This document shows positions 1 to 11,692 of a stretch of 64,000 nucleotides of DNA, one piece after another. The notes under the pieces are model-generated. The model was not told where the DNA came from and did no database searches. It saw only the letters and a program-made list of their open reading frames with translations. The DNA is from Mobula hypostoma (lineage: Eukaryota). Both the position numbers and the translations under genes were made by a program. Location: contig NC_086108.1 in assembly GCF_963921235.1 (NCBI RefSeq), positions 76,696,001 to 76,760,000 on the forward strand, read 5' to 3'. The stretch's first letter is position 1. Each line of letters begins with the position of its first letter.

Positions 1-960
1 CACTACCTCCTCAGTGTTCTTTTATCTTAAGCTCCCTAATCACCTCCAACTCATTACATAACACCCAATTCAGTGTAGCTAATCCCCTAGTGGGCTCATT
101 GACAAACTGCTCTAAAAAGCCATCTCTTACACATTCAACAAGTTCACTCTCTCGAGATCCATTACCAACCTGATTTTCCCAATTGACCTGCATTTTGAAA
201 TCTCCCATGACTGTCATAGCATTGTCCTTTTGACACATCTTTTCTACTTCCTGCTGTAATCTGCAGTCCACATCCCAGTGACTGTTGGGAGGCCTGTAAA
301 TAACTGCCTTCAGGGTCCTTTTACCCTCACAGTTTCTTAACTCAGTGCACAAGGTTTCAACATCTTCTGATCCTATGTCACATCTTTCTACCGCTTTGAT
401 GCCATTCTTTACCAACAGAGCCACACCACCCCCTCTGTTTACCTTCCTATCCCTCCAATTCAGTTTGTAACCTTGGACATTCAGCTCCCAACTATAACTA
501 TCCTTCAGCCACAATTCAGTGATGGCCAAAACATCATACCTGACAATCTGAAATAGTGCAACAAGATCATCCACCTTATTTCTTATACTCTGTGCATTGA
601 GATATAACTTTTTGAGTATTGTATTTGCTACCCTTTTTGATTCTGCACTGCTAATGCACTGATACTCACCCTGCTGGCTGCAATTTTGTCCTATTATCTG
701 CCTGCCCTTCCTGACAGTCTGATTGCACGCTATCTTTGCTTTTTTACCATCTGTCCTATCCTGAGTCCCTTCACTCTGGTTCTCACCCCCTGCCAAATTA
801 GTTTAAACCCTCCCCAACAGCTCTAACAAACCTTCCCCGGGAGAATATTAGTCCCCCTCAGGTTCAGTTGCAAGAAATCCCTTTTGTATGGGTCATACCT
901 CTACCAGTGGAGATCCAATGATTCAAGAACCTGAAGCCCTGCCCCGGCACCAGCTTCTCA
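1..960 (-). mobile_element. CR1-type LINE fragment: end of ORF1 (SGNH esterase-like) followed by the ORF2 AP-endonuclease domain; runs off the window edge
   Basis: ORF 11..796(-) has APE motifs LYLNAQSIRNK, YDVLAITELW, RGGGVALLVK, IYRPP and VMGDF. 798-960(-) reads, with frameshifts, RSWCRGQGFRFLNHW...YKRDFLQLNLRGTNIL...AVGEGLN*, typical of the CR1 ORF1 esterase C-terminus. Confidence 0.93.
11..796 (-). pseudogene. CR1 ORF2 apurinic endonuclease domain, partial and degenerate
   Basis: 261-aa open frame with APE motifs; substitutions in conserved motifs (GDFK for GDFN, TLNWV for LDxV). Confidence 0.85.
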
Positions 961-1289
961 AACCATTTAGCAAGCCATTTGGTCTGCTGTTCATTGTTTT
1001 ATTATCTCTCTAGCCTTTCTGAAAATAGTGTGTTACATTTGTTACCTTCTAACTTAATGGAACCGTATTAGAATCTGCAGAACTTTGGAAAGCATCCATG
1101 GTCCCATAGCTACTCATTCAAATCTATGGATTGGAGATCGTCAGGTGCTGGAAATCAGGTTCGGGAACATTTGTTCCTCCACTTTTTTTTACTAATACTA
1201 ACTTTTTTCAACTTGTCCTTTGTATTTGCTGTTCTCCCTATTTCTGAAGGGATTGTCTTCTGCCATGAATATTTGTTTATGAGATTTGC

Positions 1290-1500
1290 AAGGCAAGTTT
1301 TTTTTTACACAGGGAGTGGTAGATGCCTAGAGCACATTGTTTGGGGAGGTGGTGGAAGCAGATATGATTGCAATGTTTAAGAAGCATTTATCACTGGAGC
1401 AGGTGGGGAACAGATGGGGTTAGTTTGCTTTGACATCATTATTGGGACAAACATGGCACACCAAAGGGCCCGTTCCTGTGCTGTACTTCTCTGTGTTCAA
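1290..1500 (+). mobile_element. CR1 LINE 3' end
   Basis: Contains ttttacacagggagtggtagatgcc, gtggtggaagcagat and aagggcccgttcctgtgctgtac; similar to the other CR1 3' ends in the window. Confidence 0.75.
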
Positions 1501-1599
1501 TGTCCCACATCACTTTAATTCATGTATTAAACTTAACATGTTCAACCTTAATATAAAATTCTGAAAAGTTATGATTATGCTTCCCTAAAGGCTCTTTAA

Positions 1600-1960
1600 T
1601 TACCAGATTATTATTTAATTACTTCTCATTGCACAATACAAGATCCAAGCTACTCTCTTCTCTCAATGGTTTCTTTGTATAAATGGTGAAAACTATCTTT
1701 ATAGAGGCCGTGAATATATCTTCTGTCTTATTACTGCTATTTTGCTTTACCCAGTCAATACACATATAGAACTGCCCATGATTATTGTATCACTCTCGTT
1801 ACATGTGCCTTTGATTTCCTGATTTATATCTTACCCAATATTGCTTTAAGGTCTACAAGCAGTTCCTACAAATACTTTCTGTATCTTGATATAATTTAGC
1901 TGAATCCAAACTCATTCCATTTCTTGCTTTTCTGAGCTAATATCTGTTATTTCCACTGTC
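1600..1960 (-). mobile_element. Highly degraded CR1 endonuclease remnant
   Basis: Weak similarity to 100-400 (e.g. cccatgattatt, giving IIMG on the minus strand). Confidence 0.4.
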
Positions 1961-2084
1961 TTTATCCTATATTTTCTTAGTGTTATGATCAAATGAAAAA
2001 AAAATTAAAAGAATCTAGAAGAGGTATGAATGAGGATAGCAAAATCGTTACCAATGATTGCTGTCTAACAGAAGAGCAGTGTTT

Positions 2085-3470
2085 AGAATCTCAAACTCCT
2101 GAACTTAGTGTTGAGTCCTGAAGGATGTGCTGTGGTTTTAACAAAAGGTGAAGCGCTGTTCTTCAAAAATATGTTGTGCTTCATAGGAACAATGTAGGCG
2201 GGAGGGCCAAGGGTCCAGAGTGAGAATCTGCAAGAGAGTTAATATAAGGTACTAGAAGTTTAAATTTTACAGTGTGACACCCAATTTGTATTTGGTCCTG
2301 GAAGGAATATTCTGGGGGCCTGGATGTTGGAAAGATGGTAGAAAAGTGATCTATATCACAGAGGGAACAGTCACATTGAAGTGTTGAAAGGAGGAAAAGA
2401 GAAGGTGTGTTAGGTCGTGAATCCTCACTGAATGTGATAGAAATAGCAAAGGATGATCCATTGATGTGTCGGTTGTTGGCTGTAAGACAAGGGTTCTGGG
2501 AGGCAGGAGATGAGATATGTACAGTAGTGTGGGAAGAGACTGAGATACTTCTGAAGGACTTGGCAAGAACAGTGACACTTCAGAAGAGGAAAGTCATGTT
2601 GAAAGCACTGGTATGGAAGAAGGCATTATCAGAATATAAAGGGGACAGATGAACTGAAAAAAAAAGCATTCTAGCAAGGGTGGAATGTAACCTTATCAGA
2701 GTGTCAGTGGAATCCCAGATTTGAGTAGATATTGATCAATTAGCTTCTGCTAGAAATAGATATAGAGAAATCATGAAAGGGATGGGTGAGTTTATTGCTG
2801 GCTCTTATGGAAATAAGGGTAAAGTAAAAAATTGAAAACAAATTGTCTTGTTGAAAGTACTACTACTGCTACGTCAACTCAGGCCTAGGGGGCTGGCATT
2901 GGGCACGATGACGGACTCTCCACTTCTCCCTCTCCCTCATCAGTGTGTTCAGTTCATCTACATTAGCTGCACCGCTGTCTTGTAGGAACATGTTGACCCT
3001 AGCCTTGGGAGGGCGCCCAGGGTTCATCCTCCCATGCTTGGGCTCCCATAAGATGACTAGGCTGGCAGGTGGCTTGGGGTGGCATAGACAGTGCCCCGCT
3101 AGTTGCAGTCTTCTCGCCTCAATTTTAATTTCGATCAAAAGTAAAGAGCAGGATATAGCTATATATTTGATGGAAAACAGTGATGGGACCTGAGGAGAAT
3201 TTTCCAAGATAAGTCAGACATGTCCAGGACTCATAAAGACTCATATCCCATAGCAACACTTTTTATTTGGAAGAAGTGATTAGAGCAGCGGAAAGATTGT
3301 TTAAAGCTAGAATGTTCAGTCAGATCGACCAATGTCATGTTGGATTGAGCATGGTTTAAGAGAAAAAGGGAGAGGCTTTATATATTCCTGGTAGATGAAG
3401 GGGTTGTAGAGGATTGGCTGCTCATTGACCTGTTTTCAGTCTGTTACTTCAATATTTAACAGCATGATTG
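2085..3470 (-). mobile_element. Old, degraded Penelope-like element (RT and GIY-YIG remnants), interrupted by an RTE insertion
   Basis: Minus strand ~3243-3284 gives SNHFFQIKSVAMG (PLE RT QxxGxAMG motif). ~2110-2200 gives LHCSYEAQHIFEEQ...PSGLN, matching the C-terminus of the GIY-YIG region at ~30860-30930. Confidence 0.75.
2858..3137 (-). mobile_element. RTE-clade LINE 3' end, 5'-truncated
   Basis: RRLQLAGHC...VILWEPKHGRMNPGRPPK...REREKWR is an RTE-type C-terminus. (TAG)n-like tail at 2858-2872 and a possible AAAGTA duplication. Confidence 0.8.
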
Positions 3471-4734
3471 TCCATTGTGCTTTTAGGAGACCTTTAGCAT
3501 GGACTCATACTGCTTCCTTTCTCCATTTTAATGGTTATCAGCTTTGAATTAAGCTAATGAGAGTTTTCTGGAACCTGGAAAATGCAGAGTAAGTTTTTTT
3601 AAGGGAAAAATGAAAGCATTCCTTTGCTTTTCACTTAATCTGAGCCCTTGTAAATTGGTGATTTTGAAAGGATATAAAATGCGCAGTTGAGTGCTTTTTG
3701 GAAATATTTTACAACAGAGAATAAGATACACTATGTTACAGATGTTATGGACTACTGGAGGAGTAAGTTTAACAGTGCATCTGAGGGTCTTAACAATTTT
3801 ACAGAGTCCTTTTTACTTACTAAGTATAATGCGCCTTTGTAAATTTTCTTACGTATTTGTATAGGTCCATGTAATTGTTACATCCATTGTTTTTAGATTC
3901 TTTTTTAAAGAATTTCTACGTAGTGAGTGTTACATTGGGTAACTCACCACTTTGCAGATTCTTCTATCTGAAAAGGGATTCTTTCTGACTGCCACTTGAT
4001 TGATTAAAATAAACACCACTTACTGTGATGAAGCTGAGTGTGTCAGTTTCTCTGCTCGTTCCACTCTAAGATCACCAACCAGAAAAAGTCACCGGTGCTC
4101 CTATACTCCCTGATAAAACTTACTCTCAAAATCTACCATACAACCTTGAATATCAGGAAATAGTGGACTCAAGGTCATGTCTGATTGTTGAAAATTTAAA
4201 TAATCTATCTTCTGGCAAACTTTGGTTTCTTGCTGATTTCTCAGAATTCAGTGGCTGGGAGAATCTGAGAATGTAAGACCATTCCAACATTCCAAGTCTA
4301 GTAAATGTGTGCTTAACTTCATAATGAATCATTAAGTTATGGCACTGGTAGTCTGTCTACTGTCAGTTGCACTGGAAGTTAATCCTTTGTAATCTTCCAT
4401 ATCGCTTTTGAAAGGAAACTAATTATTTTGCTAATGTTTCAGGAGAATGTTGGGCTCAGTTGCCAGATCCAGGTCTATTGCCTCAAGATACATTTCCCCT
4501 TATTCATATGAAAGTGACAGTTATTAAGATTCTGTGTCATGTTTTAATAGAGAAAATTTTACATGTTTTTCCTTTAAAGTCAGGTGTTGGGGGGGGGCGT
4601 TGATTCAAGTCACAGAAGAACAATGTTTTATTGACTTATCTGTCTTATCCTCCTGACATTGTCTATCTGTCATTTAGTACTTCTTTCTGTTATAGAAATT
4701 ATTTTCAGAGAGAACCCCGATTAATAATCGGTAA

Positions 4735-5820
4735 GGTCCAAGACTTTGGCCTCAATGCCTCCTTGTGCAATTAGATCATGGTTTTTCTCACTTGTAGACC
4801 CCAGTCAGTTCGGATTGGCAACAGCATCTCCTTCACAATCACCATCGACACAGGTGCACCACAAGGCCGTGTCTTTAGCCCCCTGCACTACTCGCATTAC
4901 ATTTACGACTGTGTAGCTAAGCACAGCTCCAATGCCATATTTAGGTTTGCTGACAACGCCACTGTCCTTCACCATATCAAACATATAGGAGGGAGATTGA
5001 AAATCTGGCTGAGTGGTGCCATAACAACAATCCTTACTCAATGTCAGCAAGACCAAGGAGCTAATTATTGACTTCAGAAGTAGGAAGCCAGAAATCTATG
5101 AGGCAGCCCTCACTGGAGGATCGGAGGTGGAGAGGACCAGCAACTTTAAATTCCTCGGTGTTATTACTTCGAAGGACCTGTTCTGGGCCCAGCATGTAAA
5201 TAGAATGATGAAGAAAGCAAGGCAGTGCCTTTACTTCCTTAAAGAGTTTGCAAATAATTGGCATGACATCTAAAACTTTGACAAACTTCCATAAATATGT
5301 GGTGGAGAGTATATTGACTGGCTGTATCACAGTCTGGTATGGAAACATCAATGACCTTGAATAGAAAATCCTATAAAAAATACAGCCCAGCCCACCACGG
5401 GTAAAGACTTCCCACCATTGAGCACATCTACACGAAATGCTGTCATAAGCAAGTAGCATCCATCGTCCAGGGCATGACCCCCGCCACCTGGGACATGTTC
5501 TCTTCTCGCTGCTGCCATCAGGAAGAAGGTACAGAAACATCTGGACTCACTCTACCAGGTTCATGAATAGTTACTACCCCTTAACCATCAGCATCTTGAA
5601 CCAAGGGGGAGAACTTCACTCAACTTCACAAGCCCTATCATTGAAATGTCCCCACAACCAATGGACTCAGTTTCAAGGACTCTTCATCTCATGTTCTCAA
5701 TATTTACTGCTTAATATTATTTATTATTATCTCTTTCTTTCTTTTTGTATTTGGACACTTTTGTCTTTTGCACACAGGTTAAACACCCAAGTTGGTGTGG
5801 TCTTTTATTAATTCTGTTAT
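4735..5820 (+). mobile_element. Rex1/Babar-type LINE, 3' half, degenerate
   Basis: RPQSVRIGN...TGAPQG.VFSPL.YS.YIYDC...FRFAD motifs, then the LLPSGRRYR-type C-terminus (~5510-5560). 3'UTR is shared with 50120-50635. Confidence 0.88.
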
Positions 5821-6909
5821 TTCAGCATGTGAGGTCGCTCAACCTATCAGGTTTCCCCTAGAGTACCCAAATATGGGCATTGCTATGTATGTCAGTAGCA
5901 TTAATCATGCTGGTTCATGTGGGTGTGTTATCTTGTATTCCTTAATTGAATTGATCCACAGTTTGGTTCTAAATGAATTTGAGTTGGAGCAAGATATAAG
6001 TTTTATACATAAGGCTGGTATTTATGTAAATACTTTACTGTTCTAATAAATTACATTAACTCTCAGGAGTTTATTGTTAAGCTGGTGCTTGTTTGGTTCA
6101 TATTCAAGAATATTGGCTGCTTATTTGCTGAAATAGCTTCTCACTTCTGTATCTCCAAAAGCGCTAGAATTCTGGGTGAATATTAACATGGATTAATGTG
6201 TAATGCCAAATTGAGCTGGATATAGCCAGCCACCTTGATTTGGCACCCATCACCCCTGTCCATCGTCAGGAACAGGGGGTGGACGCAGAGGGCTGATCAA
6301 GCTGACCGTCTACACGCAGAAAGAATCTGATGAGGGGTGTTGAATGGCTCAGCAAGCATGCTACTGAGGCCCTTTAAGAGGAAACCAAGCTAGAGAGGAG
6401 CTTTTAGGAGCAATTAATAATGCTGAAACAATCAGAAAAAGATAAAACATGAAATAATTATGGGAATCCCTATTCAAAGATTGGGCAGTTGACCATATTG
6501 CAGGTCATGCTGGTTTTGGAACGGTATGGCAAAGTCACCAGCGTAATGCTGGGAAGTCCTAGCAGAAAAAAGCTTTGCACTGGACTCCACATGGCAGCCA
6601 TAGCGGAAATTGGCATCTGCCTCTCAGCACATTCTGCAAACAGTAGGGTCTGAACAAATCCAAGGGGTCTGAAGTCTGCCTGGTTCCCTTCTAAACCGTG
6701 AGCCACAGCTAGCTTGATTAAGCCCAATGGTCTGGGTACAGATGGGGCAGATGCAACACAAAGAGCAGGAACGGTTGTACTTGTGACACTATCATATTAA
6801 CAAACGTGCAGCTACTCTGGACAAAGAAAGAGCTCAGTGGAGGCCAGAGGATTAGTTCCTTTGCCATGGATAAACAGAGTTTCAGTAGTCTTAGTGTGAT
6901 CTGGCCCAA

Positions 6910-7050
6910 GAACATAGAACATTACAGGCCCTTCAACCCATCATGTTGTGCTGACCTATATAATCCTACTCCATGATCGAACTAACCCTTCCCTCCTGTA
7001 CAATCCATAACCCTCCATTTTTTTACATCTACTGTAGGTGCCTACCTAAG
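6910..7050 (-). mobile_element. CR1 3' tail fragment
   Basis: gaacatagaaca tail followed by acaggcccttcaacccatcatgttgtgctgacc. Confidence 0.7.
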
Positions 7051-7206
7051 AGATGGTGACATACTTTGTTATTGGCTGTCAAAGCCACCATTGCTCTCAA
7101 CTTTTTACTTCAGGGTGTTTCCATTAATTACTAGGCAACATTGGTAGGATCTCTTAGCTGGTATCACATAAATATGTAAATTAGGTGAGTGATTTCTAAT
7201 TTCATA

Positions 7207-7490
7207 GGCACGATGGCAACATAGTGGTTAGCAAGGGGCATTAGAGTTCAAAGTTCAATCCCAGAATCCTCTGTACGGAGTTTGTATGTCCTCCCCGTAA
7301 AATGCATGGGTTTCCTCTGGGTGCTCCAAATTCCTTCCACAGTCCAAAGTCAGACCAGTTAGTTGGTTAATTGGTCATTGCAAGTCGTCCCATGATTAGG
7401 CTAAGATTAAATTGCTGGGTTGCAGGCAGCACTGCTCAAAGGGCCAGAAGGGCCTGTCCCACACTGTATCTCTAAATGAATAAAATAAAA
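7207..7490 (+). mobile_element. tRNA-derived V-domain SINE
   Basis: A-box-like acatagtggttagc, B-box-like gttcaatccc, V-domain gagtttgtatgtcctcccc...gggtttcctctgggtgctcc...cacagtccaaag, and a CR1-like 3' end (gggccagaagggcctgt). Confidence 0.85.
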
Positions 7491-8799
7491 TCATTTTGCA
7501 ATAGTCAGTAATGATACCGGTTTCATTTGTGAAAATGTCATTAAGAAAGAGCAGGCAAACATGTCTGTTACTCTGACAAGCTTGCCACATGTGCAGAACA
7601 TTACTGTCTGGAATAATTTGACAATAATCCAGTCTTTGGTCACCTAAAAGTGTTTGACAACAGCAAAGTCTTTCACAGCACCGATGCGGTATCACTCACC
7701 TGCTGTTCACCTTCTGCACTGCCTCCAGATACATTTACTTGGTGTCCTCAGTAGGCTACTTTCCCCTAGCACTTCTTAGCTCCAACGCCACATTCAGTAA
7801 TGCAATAATGAACCAAGGAACAGCCTTTGATGGGCTTGATTCCATTTCATTCCTGCTTCCCATATCAAACTTGTTCACTTTGTTTCTTTCTTCAGAAAAG
7901 TACAGATTGACGTTCTGCACCATTTTCTGTTCATTGCTTCTAGCTAATCACCCCAGAATCAAGCTTTTCTCATTAATTATGTTTTGTCGCATTCTGGAAA
8001 CCTTTAGACGATATTATTGAATATCTCTTTTTCGGTGCAAACAACTAGATGTGAGTTCAAGCTTGAGGAGTCAGTGCTTCCAACAATATCTAATTCCAGT
8101 GTTTATCATCTTCAGAGAACATATTGTGATGTTGTACACATGATAGGTTTCAAAGGAATCTCAAAGGAGATGTGTTACAAGTTGCCTTTGGTCTAGGATA
8201 ACTAGGAAACCCAATAAAACCATTATGTCCTTGTGATCACATAATAGCACTTGCAGATCATTTGGACATCTATACATTTGAACATGGTTTGGGTGTCTTT
8301 TCTGATGATTAACTCCGCAAAATATTGAACCCTTGGTTAAGTGGCACCATGGATGGTGTGCATGCAGCTCTCCTGAAATTCTGATGTCGACCACCAACTC
8401 TAGAAGAAACTTGTTAACCTGAACTGATGCTGCTGCTTGCTAAACTGAACTTTAATATGTGCCAAATCTAGTATTTGTAATGCTGATCAACAAAATGGCC
8501 AATTCTTTGTTTAGAAGAGGACTTTACAAACAAGTTGTGTGTCATCATTAACAGAGCAGTCACATGATTATGACATATTTTGTGTATAGCATCTTTTCTG
8601 AAGTTCAGCAACCTTGTATTAGCTGTTTAGTGAAGTCAAGATCATCCTGCTGCCACTGACAACCTAATGGTGGATTCAGGCCTTCCTCTTACAATGACCA
8701 GGAGTTTCCATGTCATGCCACGCTGCTTACACCATGTGTATTTTATTATCCTTTACTAGACTGTTGGTCTCATCTGAATCATTTTACAAAACAGCCCAC

Positions 8800-10025
8800 A
8801 ACAGTGGTGTGTCGATGGTGTCGGTGTTGGGAACTTATTTGTTAATTGTATAAATAATTTGCATTGGAAAGTGCAAAGTAAGTTTGTGGATGACAAGAAA
8901 CTAGGAGTGCTGTTGATAGTGAAGAAGGTTATTGTAGATTACAGGAGGACCCTGATCAGTTAGGGAAGTGGGCCATGGAGAGGCAAATAGATTTCAATAC
9001 AGTTAAGGACTGAGGTGGTGTAGTTTGGAAAGTCAGTCCAGTGTAGGACTTATCCCATGAATGGTAGGGCACTGGGGAATGTAATGGATCAGAGGGATGA
9101 ATGCATATTCCATTGAAAGCATCTTCACAGGTAGATGGGGTGGTGAAAAAGGCATTTAGCAAGCTGGCAATCTTCAGTCAGGGCACTGAGTATGGAGGCT
9201 GTGACATTATGGTGCAGTTGTGTATGTTGTTGGTGATGCCACACTTGGAGTACTTTCCAGTAACAGGTTTAGGTCACCTGTTATAGGAACAATATGGTTA
9301 AACTGGAGCAAACTTCTAGAAAAGTTTAAGATCATGAGAGGCACAGATAAGGTGGGTGGTGGCAGTCAATTCCCAGGAGTAAAGGAGTCCTAATTAAGGG
9401 GGACAGATTGAGGGTGGGAGGGGAATGCTTTAAAAGGAACCTGAGAGGCAACTTTTTCACACAAGGTGAGTTTATGGAATGAGCTGCTCGAGGCAGGTTG
9501 TGGCTGGTACAATAGTATCATTTCAGAAGCACTTAGATGGGTACATGAATCAGAATCGGAATCAGGTTTATTATCACCTGCATGTTACGTGAAATTTGTT
9601 AACTTAGCAGCAGCAGTTCAATGCAATATATAATCTAGCAGGAAAAAGAAAAATAATAATAAGTAAAATAAAAAAATAAATAAACAAGTAAATCAATTAC
9701 GTATATTGAATAGATTTTTAAAATGTGCAAAAACAGAAATAATGTATATTAAAAAAAAGTGAGGTAGCGTCCAAAACTTCAATGTCCATTTAGGAATCGG
9801 ATGGCAGAGGGGAAGAAGCTGTTCCTGAGTCACTGAGTGTGTGCCTTCAGGCTTCTGTACCTCCTACCTGATGGTAACAGTGAGAAAAGGGCATCCCCTG
9901 GGTGCTGGAAGTCCTTACTCGGATGGATATTGGCTGAATGCAGGAAATTGGGACTAGCTGGACTGGCACCTGGTCATCATTGACAAGAAGGGCTGAAAAG
10001 CCTCACTGTATTGCTCTATAACCCT
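8800..10025 (+). mobile_element. CR1 LINE RT and 3'UTR, interrupted at 9548-9918
   Basis: SKFVDDKKLG at ~8880, SQVDGVVKKAF and LVMPHLEY; the 3'UTR resumes at ~9920. Confidence 0.88.
9548..9918 (-). mobile_element. Rex/Babar-type 3' end nested in CR1
   Basis: Minus strand has AATAAA plus a (CTGATT)n tail, and LLPSGRRYRSLKAHTQ-like coding at ~9830-9890. Confidence 0.85.
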
Positions 10026-11663
10026 CAACTGTATATTGTATCCAGATACAGTGGAAAGTTTATCTTACATACTGGTATATTGTATCTTTCCCAGTGAGGT
10101 TCTTAGCCTTTGGGTCTTGTCAAAACCAGAGATGGAGAATATTAAGAATATGACCTCGAAACTAGATTCCCCAGTACTTGATATTTGTGTTGAGAAATAG
10201 ACCCCATTGCCTTTGCTAGAATTCTGTATATAAGGAATAATTCCAGAATGGGAGAGCACTATATGAACTGGTAACAGCATATGTTACAGCCAGTTTTTGC
10301 TGATGTAATTCTTCAAACTGCGGGAGGCCCCATTAAAAATTGCAGGTTATTTTGCAGGAGATAGAGCCAGGAGAAGCAGGAATGCAAATGTAAATTGTGG
10401 CAAACCCCTCTTGTGTTTTTAATAATGCCCATCCCATTCCACCTCCTAACTCTACCTCCCACACATCTGGGTATTTGTAATGCATTTTCCTCTATTTTAT
10501 CCATCCATCATTCAATTCACATCTGTATGACTGAACAGGATTAATTTGTATGGAGCTGTTGTATATAATGAGCCGTGATGACATTGCTTTTACCAAATTT
10601 GTGCTTGAAATTTCTTGCCTGTAGTATCTGGGTTCTTTGGGAATGTACCGTTTCTGATTGTGCAAACACCCTCCTTGTGTGTTTGAGAACTTTTGGCTGT
10701 AAAGTAAAATAATTCCAATCCAAATACAATTCATGTGGTTGTGGGTGCATATTAGAGACAGATGGTTGTGCGCAGATTGTGAAACAGGAGGGTCTACACG
10801 TACAACCGTATAGCTTTTGAACCTGAAATGTTTACTTTAGAACCACACATATTCAGGCTTGGGGGAAGGCAAAATGAAAATAATCCCTTCACTATGCATT
10901 AACAGCATTAAAATAATACAGGGTTTTATTATCATCTGAGGGCCTTCATGTTGTATTAATGTACATCAGCAGTAATACCTTGTTAGCAAGCCAAGAATTC
11001 CTGACAACACAGAAGCTTTAAATGGGTACTCATGTTGCTGCATGGTGTAATCCAAATGAATTTTACACTGTCAATAGTCTGGAGGTTAACTTCCAGAAAC
11101 CCCGACATCTAATCCTGCAAAGTGGCTGACACCAAGGAAATTCTGAAACAAGCACAATTTGCTGTAGGGGAAATATTTGAATTTCAAGCAGTGTGCAATC
11201 AGGTTCCAACTTTCTCACTGACCAGAATGCTTAAGAAGGTACACTCTTGCAAGCTTTTCCCTTTGGCAAGAGGAATCGTGACAGCTGAAATACTGAAGGA
11301 ATAAAGTTTAATGTTGTGTGGAAGGGGTTTTCTTTGGCGGTAATACACAAAAGGTAATTGAGAGCGGCTGTTCTGGTGTAATGTACAGCTCGGGGCTGCA
11401 GGGGTTGTGTCTCCACAAAGGGTCTCCATTGTACTCCGTCTGCAGTTGCTCAGGTTACTGGCTGTATTGTTCCTGCAATTTGTTCAAACAGTGTCTTAAA
11501 GGAATCTGATAGACCGAGTCATGACACCACACTTAGGAAAGCTGTCAGCTGCCAGAAAGGAGTGATGATTTACTGGCTGTGAGGAGGACCATTCATAGTA
11601 CTGACTCACACTGATTGCACATTGTGACTGGGAAACAAAACCAGGAGAAAGAGAGTTTTAGAA

Positions 11664-11692
11664 AGGGGGGGAGAGAGAGAGAGGGAGAGAGA
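11664..11692. repeat. G-run plus imperfect (GA)n microsatellite
   Basis: ggggggggagagagagagagggagagaga read directly. Confidence 0.9.

Noticed and set aside
2869..3207. 112-aa ORF as a novel gene
   Set aside because: Chance read-through from a PLE RT remnant into an inserted RTE 3' end.
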